Position numbers and translations under genes: made by a program. This document shows positions 15,240-29,039 of a stretch of 64,000 nt of DNA, in pieces (position 1 is the first letter of the stretch; the number at the start of each line of letters is the position of its first letter). This DNA is from Eledone cirrhosa (Eukaryota): assembly GCA_964016885.1 (NCBI GenBank), contig OZ024741.1, positions 198,338,001-198,402,000 of the forward strand. Reading direction: 5' to 3'. The notes beneath the pieces were generated by a model that ran no database searches, had not been told where the DNA came from, and was given only the letters and a program-made list of their open reading frames with translations.

Positions 15240-16880
15240 GTTTGGTGGACGCAGACAAAGTGCGAGAGTCAGTACCTTGGCACTATTTTCTGATGTTGCC
15301 GGTCAAGTAACGGTCAATCAAAATACCAACAAAGGTTTATAGAATTTCATTACCCCTAAACAGAGCTAAATTCTGAGTAGGTCATTATAGCATACAGTTT
15401 AAGGTTCTACAGTTTCAATGTAAAATTACATACCCCTTACTTTTATAAAAATTACTATATCATGGCAAATATACCAAAATTTATTTAAATCTCAAGCAAA
15501 TAAATAAAATTAAGAATAAAATAAATTCAGACCATACACTTTTCAAAGCAAACCGAAACCAACAAACCCCTCCAAAAAACTTTTTGGGTCTTTCTTAAAT
15601 ACGCTAAGCTTCTACTACCTTAAAGCAAATAAGTTAAATTTCAAAGTCATATGTCTCTCATCTGCAAAGTAGAAATAACCCCGAATTTTCTCAAAATCTC
15701 CCTATTAACACCAAGGCACCCACGAAAACGCCGTATTACAAATTTCCATTTGTATCGGTCCTTCCATTTGTTTTAAGAGCTTATTCACTACCTCCGTAAA
15801 ACATTCATTTGGCTACTTATCCTAGCTTTCTTAAACCCTTTAGATAGTCAAACTCGCAGGGGGATAAATATAAATCCTGCCCTTTGGTTTGGTATGCCTC
15901 CAACCTGCCTGAAAACATTACCCGCGAATGTAAAGTAAGAACTATCTACTATAACTATCTACTAAGGACTATCTACATGAGCTTAACATTTGTCCAATTA
16001 GCGTATCTACTGTATCTTACTCTAGACATGAAACCCCCTGCCGTTCATGAAGGAAACATACTTGAATTTATTGGCGAAAATCAGGTCTATTATACAACCC
16101 ACCCCTTTTTTTTTAACTAACTCCAGTTCCAAACTAGTGTAAAGGATGTTTTTATCGTCTTCAATCTATTCAACATAGTTAAAAACCATCAGCAGATCCT
16201 ACACTCCAACTCACATTCATTCCACTGTTTGCAAGAATTGCCCCACAATATCTATCAAAGACCTCTTTAACTACTGCTAAAGCTCCGTTAATTAAAATAG
16301 CTACTTGTCTATTTGTGCACCTACTAGCTCCGGTTATAAATCTACACCCAAAAAGTGTTAAGACTCTAGGAACATACACATTATCCTCCTTCAACTGGCA
16401 ACCACTCAGATCCTCTACTTCACATCTAAGTTTTACTATCAGCTGATTAATATCTCCCGGGCTCAGCTTGTAAGTTCCATTACACCAAAAGTTATAATTA
16501 ACATCACATCTTAACTCCCTTGCTAAAACCGACAGGAATTATTTTTTGCATATTATAACGAAATTACCTGCTGCTTTATCTGCAGGCGCTATGATATACC
16601 TATTGCGAAACCCACTCAAAAATTGCTTCACCTCAGGTCCATAACGTTTAGACGGCCCCTGTGTCAACGTGCCCAACCTACTCCTTAACCTACTCTTTAC
16701 TAAGCTAACAACTCTCTCCTTCCATTTCTAATACACCTCACTAGCAAAACCAAATTTCAGGTCTAACTTAACCACGAAATCATCGATTGGTTCTAACACC
16801 AACTTACATACCGTGGACCTGTTTGTCCCTATAGATTCCCTAAATTTAATTCCCTTCATCATAAACCATCCTTCTTCTCG
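15240..16880 (-). mobile_element. Second, heavily decayed Penelope-like RT relic (different lineage from 1277-3177)
   Basis: Minus-strand fragments MKGIKFRE, YIIAPADKAAGNFVIICKK and RFITGASRC...NSGMNVSW. Boundaries are approximate. Confidence 0.65.
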
Positions 16881-16892
16881 ACTATAACACTA

Positions 16893-17252
16893 TGTAACAA
16901 AAATTTTACTTTTTTTGTCTTAGGTTAATAAGTGTTATTTCCTGCTTGCTTCTGCCTAGAAAGCACAGTAGACTATTATTCTCCCCTAACTTTGCTTTTG
17001 CGACTTGGACAACGACATTTTGTTAACTGACCTATTTTTTTAGTAAATCCTCGACAGATTAGCTGAAGTATAATTTTCTAGAAGTTTCAAATATATTTGA
17101 GTAGAGTCTAAAATCTTCATAATTTTCTAGAATGTTCTGGTAACTTAGATAACAGTATAAATACAGGGGAACGTAAGCTCAACAGTTCAGTTTACTTTTT
17201 TCTGTCGAAGGTGATACATATCCAATTGTCATTGCTAGCTGCGTTCATTACA
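16893..17252 (+). mobile_element. Possible LTR (TGTAA...TTACA) followed by a PBS-like TGG
   Basis: 5-bp terminal inverted repeat, internal TATAAATA near 17156, TGGCATCAAC two bases after CA. No TSD found. Confidence 0.3.
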
Positions 17253-17610
17253 GATGGCATCAACAAGTTGTAAGCATCCGGCAGACACATTTTGTTATGT
17301 GTGTGTGGTGAATTTATCAAGAGCAAAAACGTACTCTTTGGTAATAGTACTAACATAGCCGGTGAGGTTCACGTTATATGCAAATGAGCATCCCCAGCAT
17401 ATATAAGCTTTAGCTAATTCTTCTCCCTGTATCGGGCGAGTAAATAATATCACCCACGGCAAATAAAAATATAAAAACACGTGTCTGGCATTCTCACCGG
17501 TTACTGAAATAGCTGTGACATGATCATAGCTTGAAATATACATATCGTATATGCCTGCATATACACTTCTATCGTATATATATATATATATATACATACA
17601 TATATATATA

Positions 17611-17715
17611 TATATAATATTTAATATAGAAGCCATTTCTATATTAAATATTGTATATACTCTACTATGTATTGAGTACCTTACTTACTGTGGTTACCCC
17701 CGGTTGAACCCGGAT
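17611..17715 (+). mobile_element. Fold-back element B (short palindrome + ACTC/GAGT tail)
   Basis: AATATTTAATATAGAA/TTCTATATTAAATATT; ACTC at 17659, GAGTAC at 17674; terminal CCGG-TTGAAC-CCGG. Confidence 0.65.
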
Positions 17716-17731
17716 ACACGCACACACGCAC

Positions 17732-17765
<34 letters not shown>

Positions 17766-17769
17766 TTTA

Positions 17770-17771
<2 letters not shown>

Positions 17772-17861
<90 letters not shown>

Positions 17862-17877
17862 TGTGTGTGTGTGTGTA
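17772..17877. repeat. (TG)n microsatellite preceded by a (CA)n tract
   Basis: Direct reading. Confidence 0.95.
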
Positions 17878-17899
17878 TAACGGGGTTGTCTCTCAATGT

Positions 17900-20090
17900 G
17901 AGCAAATCTCTCTTTCAAAGATAGCAACATTTCAAAATGCATTACTTTATTAGTTCAATCGCTTTCTCCTGTTTGTTTGTTTGTTTTCCTGGGGCGGGGT
18001 GGGTGTTTTAGTGTGTGTTGTGAAAGTAAGTTCGAAATATCTCTTCGTGTAATGTCTGCCTTTGTTTCTTCGGCAATGTTTTCATAATGTTCATCATTGC
18101 AATTAATTTTTAACATTCTGAATAGAATCGTTTATTTTATTCTGGGTGTTCTTCAAGTCAAGATGTTTTTATACTGTTGAATAGTTTCTCAGCTAACAAC
18201 AGTATGAACATGATGAATGCGAAGTCATTCAAGTCTTCGCCTCACCTTTCATTATTATAAAACACTTTCAAATACACATTTCAAGTTTCCACGCGTCTCT
18301 TTTATGACTGAAACAGTTCTAGATCTACAGCACACCTTGTGTCACACAGTAATGGATTGCTGATGTTAGAGGAGACTTTTCTGCCGTGTACTTGATGTAA
18401 ATTTACTAAAATTGTGCGTATTTCAAATCCATTAACTTTCTCGGCACTTCTACTCCAAACTAAGTTTAGTTTATGTGTATAACAATGAAGTAATCGCTGT
18501 TTTTAAACTCTTTCATTATCAATTTTCTTTGCACTCTGTTTCGTTCACCTGCCATCACAGCTGCACCATCTTGCATTTGGCTAACCAATTTAGTTTTAGC
18601 ATCTCTAAAGGACATCAACAAAACATTTTTTATCACGTCAACCAACGTTGATGCACTTTTATCATTACTTACATTATAAACTCATAAAAGTATTTCATTT
18701 ATTTTCCATTCGGTTTCAATCTTCGTCTTGAACCGTAACACCTGATGGAGTCGTAAAGGTACAGTAGTGACATACAGCATGTCTTGTGCAATTTTAACTT
18801 ATCGGAGCCCATCACTTCTCCAGGTCTGAACACAGCCGACTTCTTCCAGAGAAGAAAAGAGGGAGGGAGAGAGAGAGAGGTGAAGTGAGAAAGAGATATA
18901 AAGGAAGTATCGAAATCAGTACTGGACTGGTTCTTTTTAATCGACATTTAAGGATGAAAAGCAAAGTTTGCCTCGATGAGATTTGAACTCAGAAAGCACA
19001 GAAAGCCAATTCGAACACTACCTATACAGTTCGACTCTGCCTATTCTATTACATACATGACCATAACAGAAGGTTAGGCATACATTGTACAATCGGTAGT
19101 TTTGTCAGCTTACACTGAAATATGCGAAGAACTTCAGCTTGAATTACATCATCTATTCCGTTATCTATTGCAGATCAGATACAGTGTTTCTGTTCATTTT
19201 GTATTTGAAACTCATGAAATTATCCTCTTTTATCATCGGCAACAATCCAATAACTCACGATAATTCGTTTTGTTAAGATTTATCTTTCCCTTCCTCATAA
19301 CCACGCAATAGTAGTTTTTGTTAGCAAAAAATAATACAGCGTTTATTGTCTATTTTCTTCAACTAATTTATTATACCGTTCATGTTTAAACTTTGCAGAT
19401 TCATTAATAGCAAGCTTGGCCAATTGTATCGTTTAATTTTTTTTTTTTTTTCCTGTTATACATAGATTATATATTCATACCATCTGATTTGAAACAAAGG
19501 TGCACCTACATTCAATCTTTAGTAGAGGAGTAAGTTGGCCTGATTTGATAATTTCTTGCTTTACAGCGATATTTCTTTGAATAAATGGTTTTTCTTTTAG
19601 ATCCATGATCATTTCCTTTATTATGAGTTAATTTATATTTATTTTATCAACGGTCTAGATGTCCTTTTAATAACAGGGTGGCAAGCTCATTAAACCACGA
19701 AACGTTTAAAATAATAATTTTATAGTAATAATTTGCATCATTCCTGGAAAATTTAGAAAAGCGTTAAGAGCATTGCACAATTCGTAAATGAAAGTGACGT
19801 CGGCATTATTAGACATAACACGATGTATTTACTGTCATACATGACAACACTGGCTTTTCTATATAATTTATATGTGCCATTAATTGTCTTGTGTTTTTGC
19901 GACATGCAGCGTCAGATCAAAGTCATACACGGCGTTTTAAGTCTTTTTTACTCGCGGCTACTTTTCATCGGGACAGTTTTTACTTCTCAATCATTGTATA
20001 AAAGTATCTTGGACTGCAAGACTTGGCTTTGCTGCTTGTTCGTGCCACCAGGTTGGATTGTTTGAGCCCGAATTTACCTCTTGAAACTTT
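17900..20090 (-). mobile_element. Decayed hAT transposase (ZMYM1-like type) relic
   Basis: Minus strand KLVSQMQDGAAVMAG (about 18548-18592) and YTHKLNLV (about 18458-18481) resemble the YDGAxxMxG and HCxAHxLNL motifs. Interrupted by a SINE fragment near 18925-19000. Confidence 0.6.
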
Positions 20091-20117
20091 GTTCATAACA
20101 TTATTATAAACAATAAC

Positions 20118-20650
20118 TCCCGCCGAGGTTAACTTTGCCTTTCATCCTTCCGGGGTCGATAGAATAAAGTACCAGTAATGCACTGGGTAATTGCTGGCCT
20201 TGTGCCAAGAGTAGAAACAATTAATATAAACAATAAAATGGCGGTAGATTTATGGAATCGTTAGAGCGTCGGACAAAATGTTTTACGGCAATTAGTTACG
20301 GCTCTTTGTGAGTTCAAATCTCTCCAGGTCAACTTTACCTTTCATCCTTCCGGGATCGATAAAATAAAATACCAGTCACATACTGTTATCGATATACTCG
20401 ACTTCCTCTCACCACAAATTATTGGCTTTGTGTTAAGTGGGTTGGCTGAATTCTTCGAGCGTCGGACAAAATGCTTTGTAGCATTTAGTTACGGCTCTTT
20501 ATGTTCTGAGTTCAAATCCCACCGAGGTCAACTTTGCCTTTCGTCCCTTCAAGGTCTATAAAATGTAGTACCTGTCAAGAACTGGGTCGATAGAATTGAC
20601 TTTTCCTTCCCCTCAAATTGCCTTGTGCCTAAATCAGAAACGATTATTAT
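20118..20650 (+). mobile_element. Three head-to-tail SINE family A copies (one truncated short form, two older long forms)
   Basis: The AACTTT(G/A)CCTTTC core is repeated at about 20130, 20330 and 20530. Confidence 0.82.
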
Positions 20651-21480
20651 GAACAGTAAAAAAAGATTTTAAGCCAACATTTTAAATCGTGAAGCTACAT
20701 TCCTTAAAAATAGAAAATTAAAGCCATTCGACATTTTAAAGATTAATCGTAATAGAGCATCTAATTGTTCCTATCTAATGATACCTATTTGATATTAGGA
20801 CTGGGCCATTTAAGAATTATGTATCCTAGCCACGAACACAATACAGTTCGGTTGGCAAGATACGAATCGACAACCTCTAGGCTGGTTGACCACTACCATT
20901 TTCACTTGACTATCCACAGTCTCTTACATAGAATACAACAGAAAAACAATTAATCACGGGGTCTATAGCAATGGCGAATTATAACTGAATACATATATAG
21001 CGCATCCTAACAAACTAAAACTGCATTCTAGTAATCTAATAAGCTATTTCCTGGCTGCCGGAACAAAACTGACGTCAATGGACAACACATTTAAACTCCA
21101 TCGATGATGAATGAAAAGCAGACACAACTCCTTACTCATACTATTCTATCCTACTACAAAAGCTGCCAATGAAATCATTACATCAAGAAAATAAGAGTAA
21201 GATTCGTCGGTAGACTAGAAATGTATTGTTCCAAACAACACACACAGAACAAATAAGGAAATATTTTTTAAATATCTTGGTACAAAATTTAAAAATAGAA
21301 CATTCTCGTGTTTTCAAAACGCACACACACATTTATACAAATAGATACTTAAATATATATTGTTATACGTGGGAGGGCCATGCAATCAATAAAAACACAC
21401 GCACTTGTTAGTTTTCACTTCAATTTATTATATACTTCCAGTTGGTTAGTTTAATAACTGGATTGTTGTTTATTTGTTTA

Positions 21481-21527
21481 TTGCCAAAGCACTTTCGTCA
21501 CACATTCTGTGACCTTCTCAGTGACTA
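21481..21527 (-). ncRNA. Minimal hammerhead-like motif with variant core
   Basis: GTCA-CTGAGAAG-GTCACA(GAATG)TGTGAC-GAAAG-TG-CTT-TGGC: stems I, II and III can all pair, but the core deviates from CUGANGA. Confidence 0.55.
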
Positions 21528-21548
21528 AGTTGTTTTTATATCTCTTCT

Positions 21549-21782
21549 TTGTTCTGTACTACACCCTCTTGGGTAATGACCGAAAGAATACGATCACGAA
21601 TGCAAACAGCCGAAATGGGGTTCCACCGAAAGTTCTTTGGAGTAATGTTATTCGATAAAGCGCGTAGCTTGAAGATCAGAGAGTCACTCCAGATAGAGCC
21701 GCTACTTCTCCGAATTGAGAGATCACAGCTCCGATACTATGGACATGCGGTTAGATTGTCTCATGAAAGAATCGCTGCACAG
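21549..21782 (+). mobile_element. RTE-clade LINE C-terminal fragment
   Basis: [18 protein letters not shown]...[11 protein letters not shown]. Confidence 0.75.
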
Positions 21783-21975
<193 letters not shown>

Positions 21976-22116
21976 GTATATGTTGGTTGTATACCAACAC
22001 TCAGTATGCAGATTGGAGCACTCGACGAAGTGCGCAGGTTGGTTTGGTTGCTCCGGAGTAATGTAAAATAAAATAAAATAAATAAGTGAAATGTTTAAAA
22101 TTTAGCTTCGTTTATT

Positions 22117-22171
22117 ACTGCTATATATATTTCGGTGACAGCCATCTTTGGCTGTGACCTCTTCAGGCAGT
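22117..22171 (-). ncRNA. Minimal type I hammerhead ribozyme, apparently intact
   Basis: ACTGC-CTGAAGA-GGTCACAGCCA(AAGA)TGGCTGTCACC-GAA-ATATATATA-GCAGT: 5-bp stem I, long stem II, palindromic stem III, AUA cleavage triplet. Confidence 0.8.
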
Positions 22172-23329
22172 CCGAATTAGTGTGGTATAGACAAGTACAT
22201 ATGTTGTTGAGGTGTATAACCTTGTCAATACTCTGATATGCCCAGTTCCTGGTTGGGTTGTTATTTCACTGAGGAACTGGAATCATATGAATTCAAACAA
22301 ACGAATTTCAGTGTCAAAGGGCCTCTTCTCCTCTCATTGGTCAGTTGTTAGAACATTCCTCATTCAAAAGCCTATAGAAATTCGTTCTGAGGCAAGCCAA
22401 TCTGTAGTTGTTGTTCTTGTTATTGTTAGGTACATCTGACCTCAATTCTTGTGTTGTTATTGTTGGAGTTAGCTAAAAAAATTGATAAAGTGGTAGAAGG
22501 AATAATATGGTAAAGGAACAAAATAACAAAAAAATGTCAAACTTCCCATTGGTCAGTTTTGAGAGCATTCCTCAGTTCGAAAACTATAGAAATTCTTTCT
22601 AGGGTGAGGCTCCCTGTAGTGTTTGTGTTTGTTATTGTTAAGTACATCTGACCTCTACCTTTATTTTGGAAGTGTTGTTGGTGTTGTGGTCAGCTTATGT
22701 CTTGCTGCTGCTGACAATTTAGAAATATCTGTGTGTGTGTTTTTTCATCCCTCCTGCCACCATCTCCCGTGGTGGTGGTGGAAGGGGGGGGGGGGGGTCT
22801 TCCATGTATATGAAGAAATATAAGGCAATAAAATGAAGAAAACAGAAAATAAATAATAAATAGAGAATAAAGAGTAAATGAAAAATTAATGAAAAAGTAA
22901 TGAAAATGAATATGGAGAAGTGATAAATAAAATGAAGATTGAAATAAAGTAAGATAAAGTGTGTGTGTGTGCTATAACCAATCTCAAGGTCAGAAATATA
23001 TTGGATAGATTGGTATGAGGAACAAGATGGTAAAAGAATAAAAGAATAAGATAATCAAATAAAATGTGTTTGTGTTATAACCAATCTCAACTTAAAAATA
23101 AATATAAGGTGATAAAGTGAAGAAGAGAACAGAAAACAAATAACAAATTAATAAAGAGAAATCAAGATTGAAAAATTGGTAAATTGAAAAATCAGAAATC
23201 AAGTAAAATAAAATGTGTTTGTGTTATAAAGATGTTGGCCAAATTATAATGGCTGTGTCCGAATCAATCTCTAGGCTATCATGGTGTCAGCTCAGCCTGG
23301 GTTGGTCCCTATGGCTTGAGGGGAAACCC

Positions 23330-23550
23330 GAGTATAGGAGAAATACAAAAGATAGTACTAATGGGAACTGCCCATATACTAAGAAATATTCTGTCAATAT
23401 AGGTACATCACAAGTCTAAACACCTAAAGATGCATGTGTGAGTATATATGTATGTTCTTTCTTGAACATGGCGGACCTTGTTGTCTCTTGAGGTCAGTGG
23501 TTGTGACTTGGTAATAACTCGTATGAACATAAAGCAAGATAAATGCAACT

Positions 23551-23597
<47 letters not shown>
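23330..23597 (+). mobile_element. 3' end of another R4/Dong-like REL LINE with a (TAA)n tail
   Basis: EIQKIVLMGTAHILRNILSI* parallels LQKSCLPGTARTLRYVLNV* of copy A; (TAA)n at 23552-23597. Confidence 0.7.
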
Positions 23598-23599
<2 letters not shown>

Positions 23600-26500
23600 T
23601 TTCTTTATTAACCACAAGGGTTTACATAAAGTAGACATTAAGGACAGTACAGGACAATACAGGGCGGTACAAATGGGCATTTCTGCGTGTAAAAAAACAA
23701 GAAACAGAGGATGTAATAATAGAACAATGAAAAAATTCCCCAATAGGGGGGAGACTTCCGAGGGACATTCGTGGGGAAAGCCCATTAAAAATCCACAGTG
23801 ACCCTGACCACCAGGGCAAGTGCCCTCTCCCAGTTTTCCACCTTTAATTTACAGACACATACTGAGAGTAGGCCCATTCACTCGGGCCATTCTTGCCTCT
23901 CTCACCCATCTTTCAACAAAATGCTGGGAAGAGAGCACTTCCCTTTCTACACTGATTTTCCTTTTCAAATGAAATTTGAAAAAGTCAATCAGGGCATCAC
24001 CGAAAAGGTAAGTGCTCGTGTTCAGCCCTTTCAAACGTGTCCACCATACTATCTCTTTCGCCATGGCCACCAGACAGATAAAAACTGCCTGCCCTTCCCG
24101 GCTAAAGGAAAAGGGCGGGGCAATCCTCACGATGAACTCAGATGATAGTCGGATCCGTTCTACACGCGACAGCAGGTGTTCGACATAAACCCACAAGTCA
24201 GCAATTTTCGGACACTGGACGAGTGCGTGCAGGACGGTTTCGTCGCCCTGCGCGCATCTCGGAGATGCCCGGCTGACGGCACCTCCATGCCTTTAGAGTT
24301 TATCTCGAACTCGCAAGGCTCCTCGGTAGCACTGCCAGGCCAGAGATTTCTGGAAGTTGTCCATAGGCCCCGGCCCGAAAGTTCCTTCCGAAGAGATTGG
24401 TTAGTTGATTTTCGTCGACGCCTAGAGTTTCTCCAAGTGCGTCGTCGCTCTTCCCCTCCACTAATCCTCTATAGAACGCCGAGGTGGAGTTTCCACCGAT
24501 CACATTGCCCGATTGGTCGAGGGCTGTGACCGCCTGAAGACATTCCAGTCTCCAAGCGCTCCCTCTCGGTCTTCGCTTGACCCAGGACTGCAGCTCCGTC
24601 AAGGAAACGAGCTGGGGAAATACGTGTCTAGAAAACGGCGACCACACCTGATCACCGTCGAGGAAGAGGTGGAGATGTCGTAGCCTGAGCGCGTGTCTGC
24701 GCATCATCAGCCACGGCATTCCCAGCCCTCCACGTAGCGGGTGTTGACAACAGATGGACCGCCTGACCATCGGAGCGCGTCCATTCCACAAAAAGCGAAA
24801 GAACAAACGCTCCAGCGCAGTCAGGCGGGGCTTAGGACAAGGTACGACGGTCAGGCGGTAGCAGATGACAGACGCGATGTACGCGTTAGCCACCTCCGCT
24901 CGACCTTTCAGGGATAGCTTCTCTCCGCCCATTTCTGGGTGTGAGAAGCCACCCTGCTCGTCATCTCGTCCCAGTTTTGTCCGTCTGGAGGTCCGGACCG
25001 AACCAGACCCCTAGCAATTTAACCGGTCCGTCCGTCCAGAGTCCGACGACGCTGTTAGACGGCATGGACCTTCCTCTCCAGGTGCCGAGCTGCAGGCTCA
25101 CTGACTTTTCCTGGTTGATCATTGCTCCTGTCACCGCTTCGTATTCTCTTAGTGTAGTGCTGATCGCCTCGATGTGTTTGGCGTTCGACACCACTACGGT
25201 GACATCGTCCGCATATGCTGACACGGATCTTCCACATCCTAGTTCGCGCGGGACGCCCCTCAACGTCTCCAGTTTGTGCAGTAATGGCTCGAAAGTCAAT
25301 TCGTACAAGAGGGACGAGAGGGGACATCCTTGGTGGACCGAGCGCATGATGTTGAACGGTTCCGAAAGGTGACCGTTCAGTCTCACCACAGAGCAGATGT
25401 CGCTGTGCATGGCAGCGATCCAGCCTCTGAAGACGGGCCCAAAACCAGACCACCAACGACAAGCGCCAACCTCTTTGCTAGCACCTTGGCCAAAACCTTG
25501 AACTCTGTGTTTAGCAGAGTTATGGGCCTGAAATTATCTACATTATCCCCCTTGTTCGGATCCTTTCTCAGCAGTGCCACCGCTCCTCGGCTCACAGAGC
25601 TGGGAATTCTCCCATTCTGTTGCCAGTTGCAGTAGACGTCCGCCAAGAGGCCTCCGAACAAGTCTGGCATCTGTACGTAAAGTTCATAGGGCAGACCATC
25701 CAAACCAGGCGATTTACCCCTTGTGCAGCCAGTCATTGCCTCCCGTATTTCAGCGGCTGTTATCGGCTTTTTGCAACACTCCACCTCAGTGGCCGAGAGC
25801 CGCGGCAGTCCGTCGAGGTAGACACTAAAGTCCATCCCTCGACCCGGCCCACCGCTGCCCCCGAACAGCTGAGCGAAGTGTCATGAAAAGCTTCACACAT
25901 TTGCCCGGGATCGAGTAGCATGCGCCCGTCGTGGTCCACCAAAGAACGGATCGTGGCTTTGTTGCCAGGACGCGCCTCCGCCACTCGGGCCCATTGAACG
26001 GCTTTCGTCCCCTCGTGTCTGAGAGCACGCACCCTAGCTCTGAGAACGCAGCTTTCGTGCTTTGCATTGAAGAATTGGTCAAGGGCCAATTTCGCCGCAA
26101 GCACGTCGGTCGCGATGCCTTTGCTAAGCGCCTCGTCTAATTTTCTAACAAATTCTCCCTCTGCTCTATTTTTCATTATTGCTAAAGCCTTACTAAACCT
26201 AATGGACTCTATTCTAATCGCTCTTTTCAGAGCAAACCACCACTTGTTGTTGACGATAGCCCCGTCAACGCCCGCTTAACTAGTTCGCTAATCCGGTCTC
26301 TGTAGGCCTTGCGCGCTGGTAAGGACGCGTTTAGCTTCCAGTAGCCGGGTCCTCGTCTATGAAGCCTAAGTCAAGCACACAGATCACGAAATTGTGGTCC
26401 GTGTAGCTGACTATCTTGCATTGTGGACAGCCTATGCTAGACCTATCTATTTCTCTACAAAATACTCTATCTAGATATGATCTGGATGACCCAATGCGAT

Positions 26501-28405
26501 TTGTCCAAGTCCACATTGGCACATTCGGGAAATCCAATCGGTACCTGTCAGACAGTTCAAAACGCCTGAGCAGGTTGGTGAGGCTCTTGCACCCTCCTCC
26601 CCTGTCCGCTAATCCCACACAGTCCCAGCGTGCATCTAAGATCCCGTTCCAGTCGCCCACTAACACTAAAGAGCGGGACGTTCCAAGAAAGGTCTCCAGA
26701 CGCCGGAAGAAATCAAGCCGCCCTGCTCCTGTCGAGGCATAGACGGCCACTAGCCTGAAAGCTTGCCCGTCTCCGCTGGTCACATCCAGCACCACCAACT
26801 TACCCTCTGGGTCCAGGAAGATGGCCCGTATGGCGAGATCCAAACCTCTCCGAAAAAGCATAGCAACTCCTCCCCCCGATCCAGGACGGCTGGGAGATAC
26901 GTACACATCGTAGCCGCCGAAGATCGGTGCGAAGGCCCGTGCTTCGGAGATTCTGGTCTCGCTGATGGCCACTACATCTATGTTTAGTGACCTGACGTCG
27001 TTGAGCAGGTGACCCTGCTTCCATGACGACCCCAAGCCACGCGCATTTATGCTGCCTATTCTGAGTGAGGTCATGTTTCAAATGGAGTGGAAAAGATGGG
27101 AAAGACCACTAACCGTACTTTTCGTAGAGGAAGGATGGTTTCTCCATCCCTTTTTACTTGATCGTCTGGTGAAGGGCCCGTTGAATCGTCCCTTCGGCTG
27201 GTCGTCGGCTCTTCTATGAGTATGTCCGAATATACTCTCCGGTTGAGAGTCCCTCCTAGGTCTCTGAAATCAACAACTGCGTTGGGGAATTTTGTTTTAA
27301 TGTTTGTGTATTGTTTCTGTGCTATTTTAACCAGTCTTATGTTCGTTGGCGTTTTGATTGGTGCTGGTATTATGTAATCGTGCTGTGAAATGTCTGTGTT
27401 CAATTATGAAAGTCATTAGTTTCTTGTTGTGTGTATTTATTGCCGTGCATTTGTTTTTCTGGGGGTGGGTGTGGTTCTGCTATTTTCTTGTCGTTTTTGC
27501 TGGGTGTGTGTGTTTTGTTGTTGTGTTTGCGATGTTGGTGCTTGTGGTCGTGGTGTTGAAGGTGTTGTTGTTGTTGGCGGTGGGGTTGTTGCCGGTGGTG
27601 ATGGTGGTGCTAGTGTGGGTGGTGATGATGTTGGTGGTGTTGCTGCTGTGAGTCTCTTTGCAGTAGCCTTTACCCTTTTTTTCATTTCTTTCCTCTCTTT
27701 TCGAAGGCGACGATGCGCTGCTTCTGCGTTTGTGCCTTCTTACGACCTTTTGCCATCCCTCTCCCACCTCACACTCCATGTCTGATTCTGTGTGGTCGGG
27801 GAGGGGTACCAGCTCCACTCTTTCACTTGTTGTTGGTGATGTTTGCAGTGGAGTCTCTGTTACAGCTGCATTTGGTATTACTGTTGTTGTTGTTGTTGTT
27901 AATACTTCCACTGCTGCTGCTGTTCTTGATTTCCGTGGCGTGGGTATGGGTGCCACGGACATATCGTTCCTGGTTGCCGCTTGTCCTGTTGCTGGTAGCC
28001 GTGGAGCCGGTTTCGGAAGGAGGGGGGGTTCTCCTTTCTCAGGGTCTTCTCGTTGCAGAAGGCCCTGAGGTGAGTCTTCGATCCACAGCGAAAGCATTTC
28101 GGGCGTTTGCCCTCAACACTTATGGGCAGTTGAGTGCCGTTATCGAAGTCTATCACATCCGGGATAGCTTCGATGCACTCCTGGTTGGTTTGGATTAACA
28201 TCTCAATGGAGGTGCCGACCCAATCTTCTCTTACTTTTTTCTGTACTTGCAGTACAGTTGTTTTGTCCTCGATTCCGACGAGGACAGACGCGGCCAGCCA
28301 AGAAGGGGCCATCCCGGGGAGGGTGGGGGGGGGGGGGGGTCAGTTTGACCCTCACAATTTTTTGCCCGCAGTAGGAGGGCACTAACACCATTTCCTCGCT
28401 CCTTA
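23598..28405 (-). mobile_element. Tx1/L1-clade LINE copy 2, 5'-truncated, frameshifted, with an RT deletion
   Basis: ORF2 and 3' UTR are nearly identical to copy 1 by eye. ORF1 is divergent (VEGKRPKCFRCGSKTHLRAFC). Confidence 0.92.
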
Positions 28406-28922
28406 GGGTCACTAAGGATAATTTACACAATTATGCAGAATGACCCGAGGAGGCGTTGGGTCGACTTTCAAGCTACAAGCTTCCATGGTTACGGAGAAAA
28501 TCGATGAAACAGGAATTTCCCATTCAAATTGAACTGAGAATAATCTGTAAACGCAGAAGTAAATATTTCGAGAAAGGTTGCAACCGAACGAAAACAGGAA
28601 GACGATATTTTGGTTCGTGAAGACGTTCCCTGGCAATGAACGGAAAAAAAGGCGGGGATAATACGTCGTTATGTCTTAAGTTTGGTGAAAATACTGTAAA
28701 AATGCATAAGGTTTATACATACGCGTGCGTGTGTGCGTGCGTGTGTGTGTGTGTTTTTGTGGGTGTGTATGTATTTGTGTGTGCGTATGTATGTGTATGT
28801 CCGTCGGGGCCTACGTATGTACTGGCCTAAATCTTCACTATTTATTTTTACTATTTTAATAACCTCTGTCATTTCAGCACTGAAGTATTGACATAAATGG
28901 TATACACAACTGCTATTTAATA

Positions 28923-28951
28923 CCCGAGCAACGCCGGGTACCTCTGCTAGT
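28923..28951 (+). mobile_element. Helitron-like 3' terminus (element probably extends upstream toward 28410)
   Basis: CCCGAGCAACGCCGGG...CTAG|T. Confidence 0.7.
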
Positions 28952-29039
28952 TATGAAATAAACATTGTCAACATAACAATTCTTGCATCTTCTTTTTATC
29001 ATTCATCCTGCAAAGAATACATCTATTCACTACATAATG

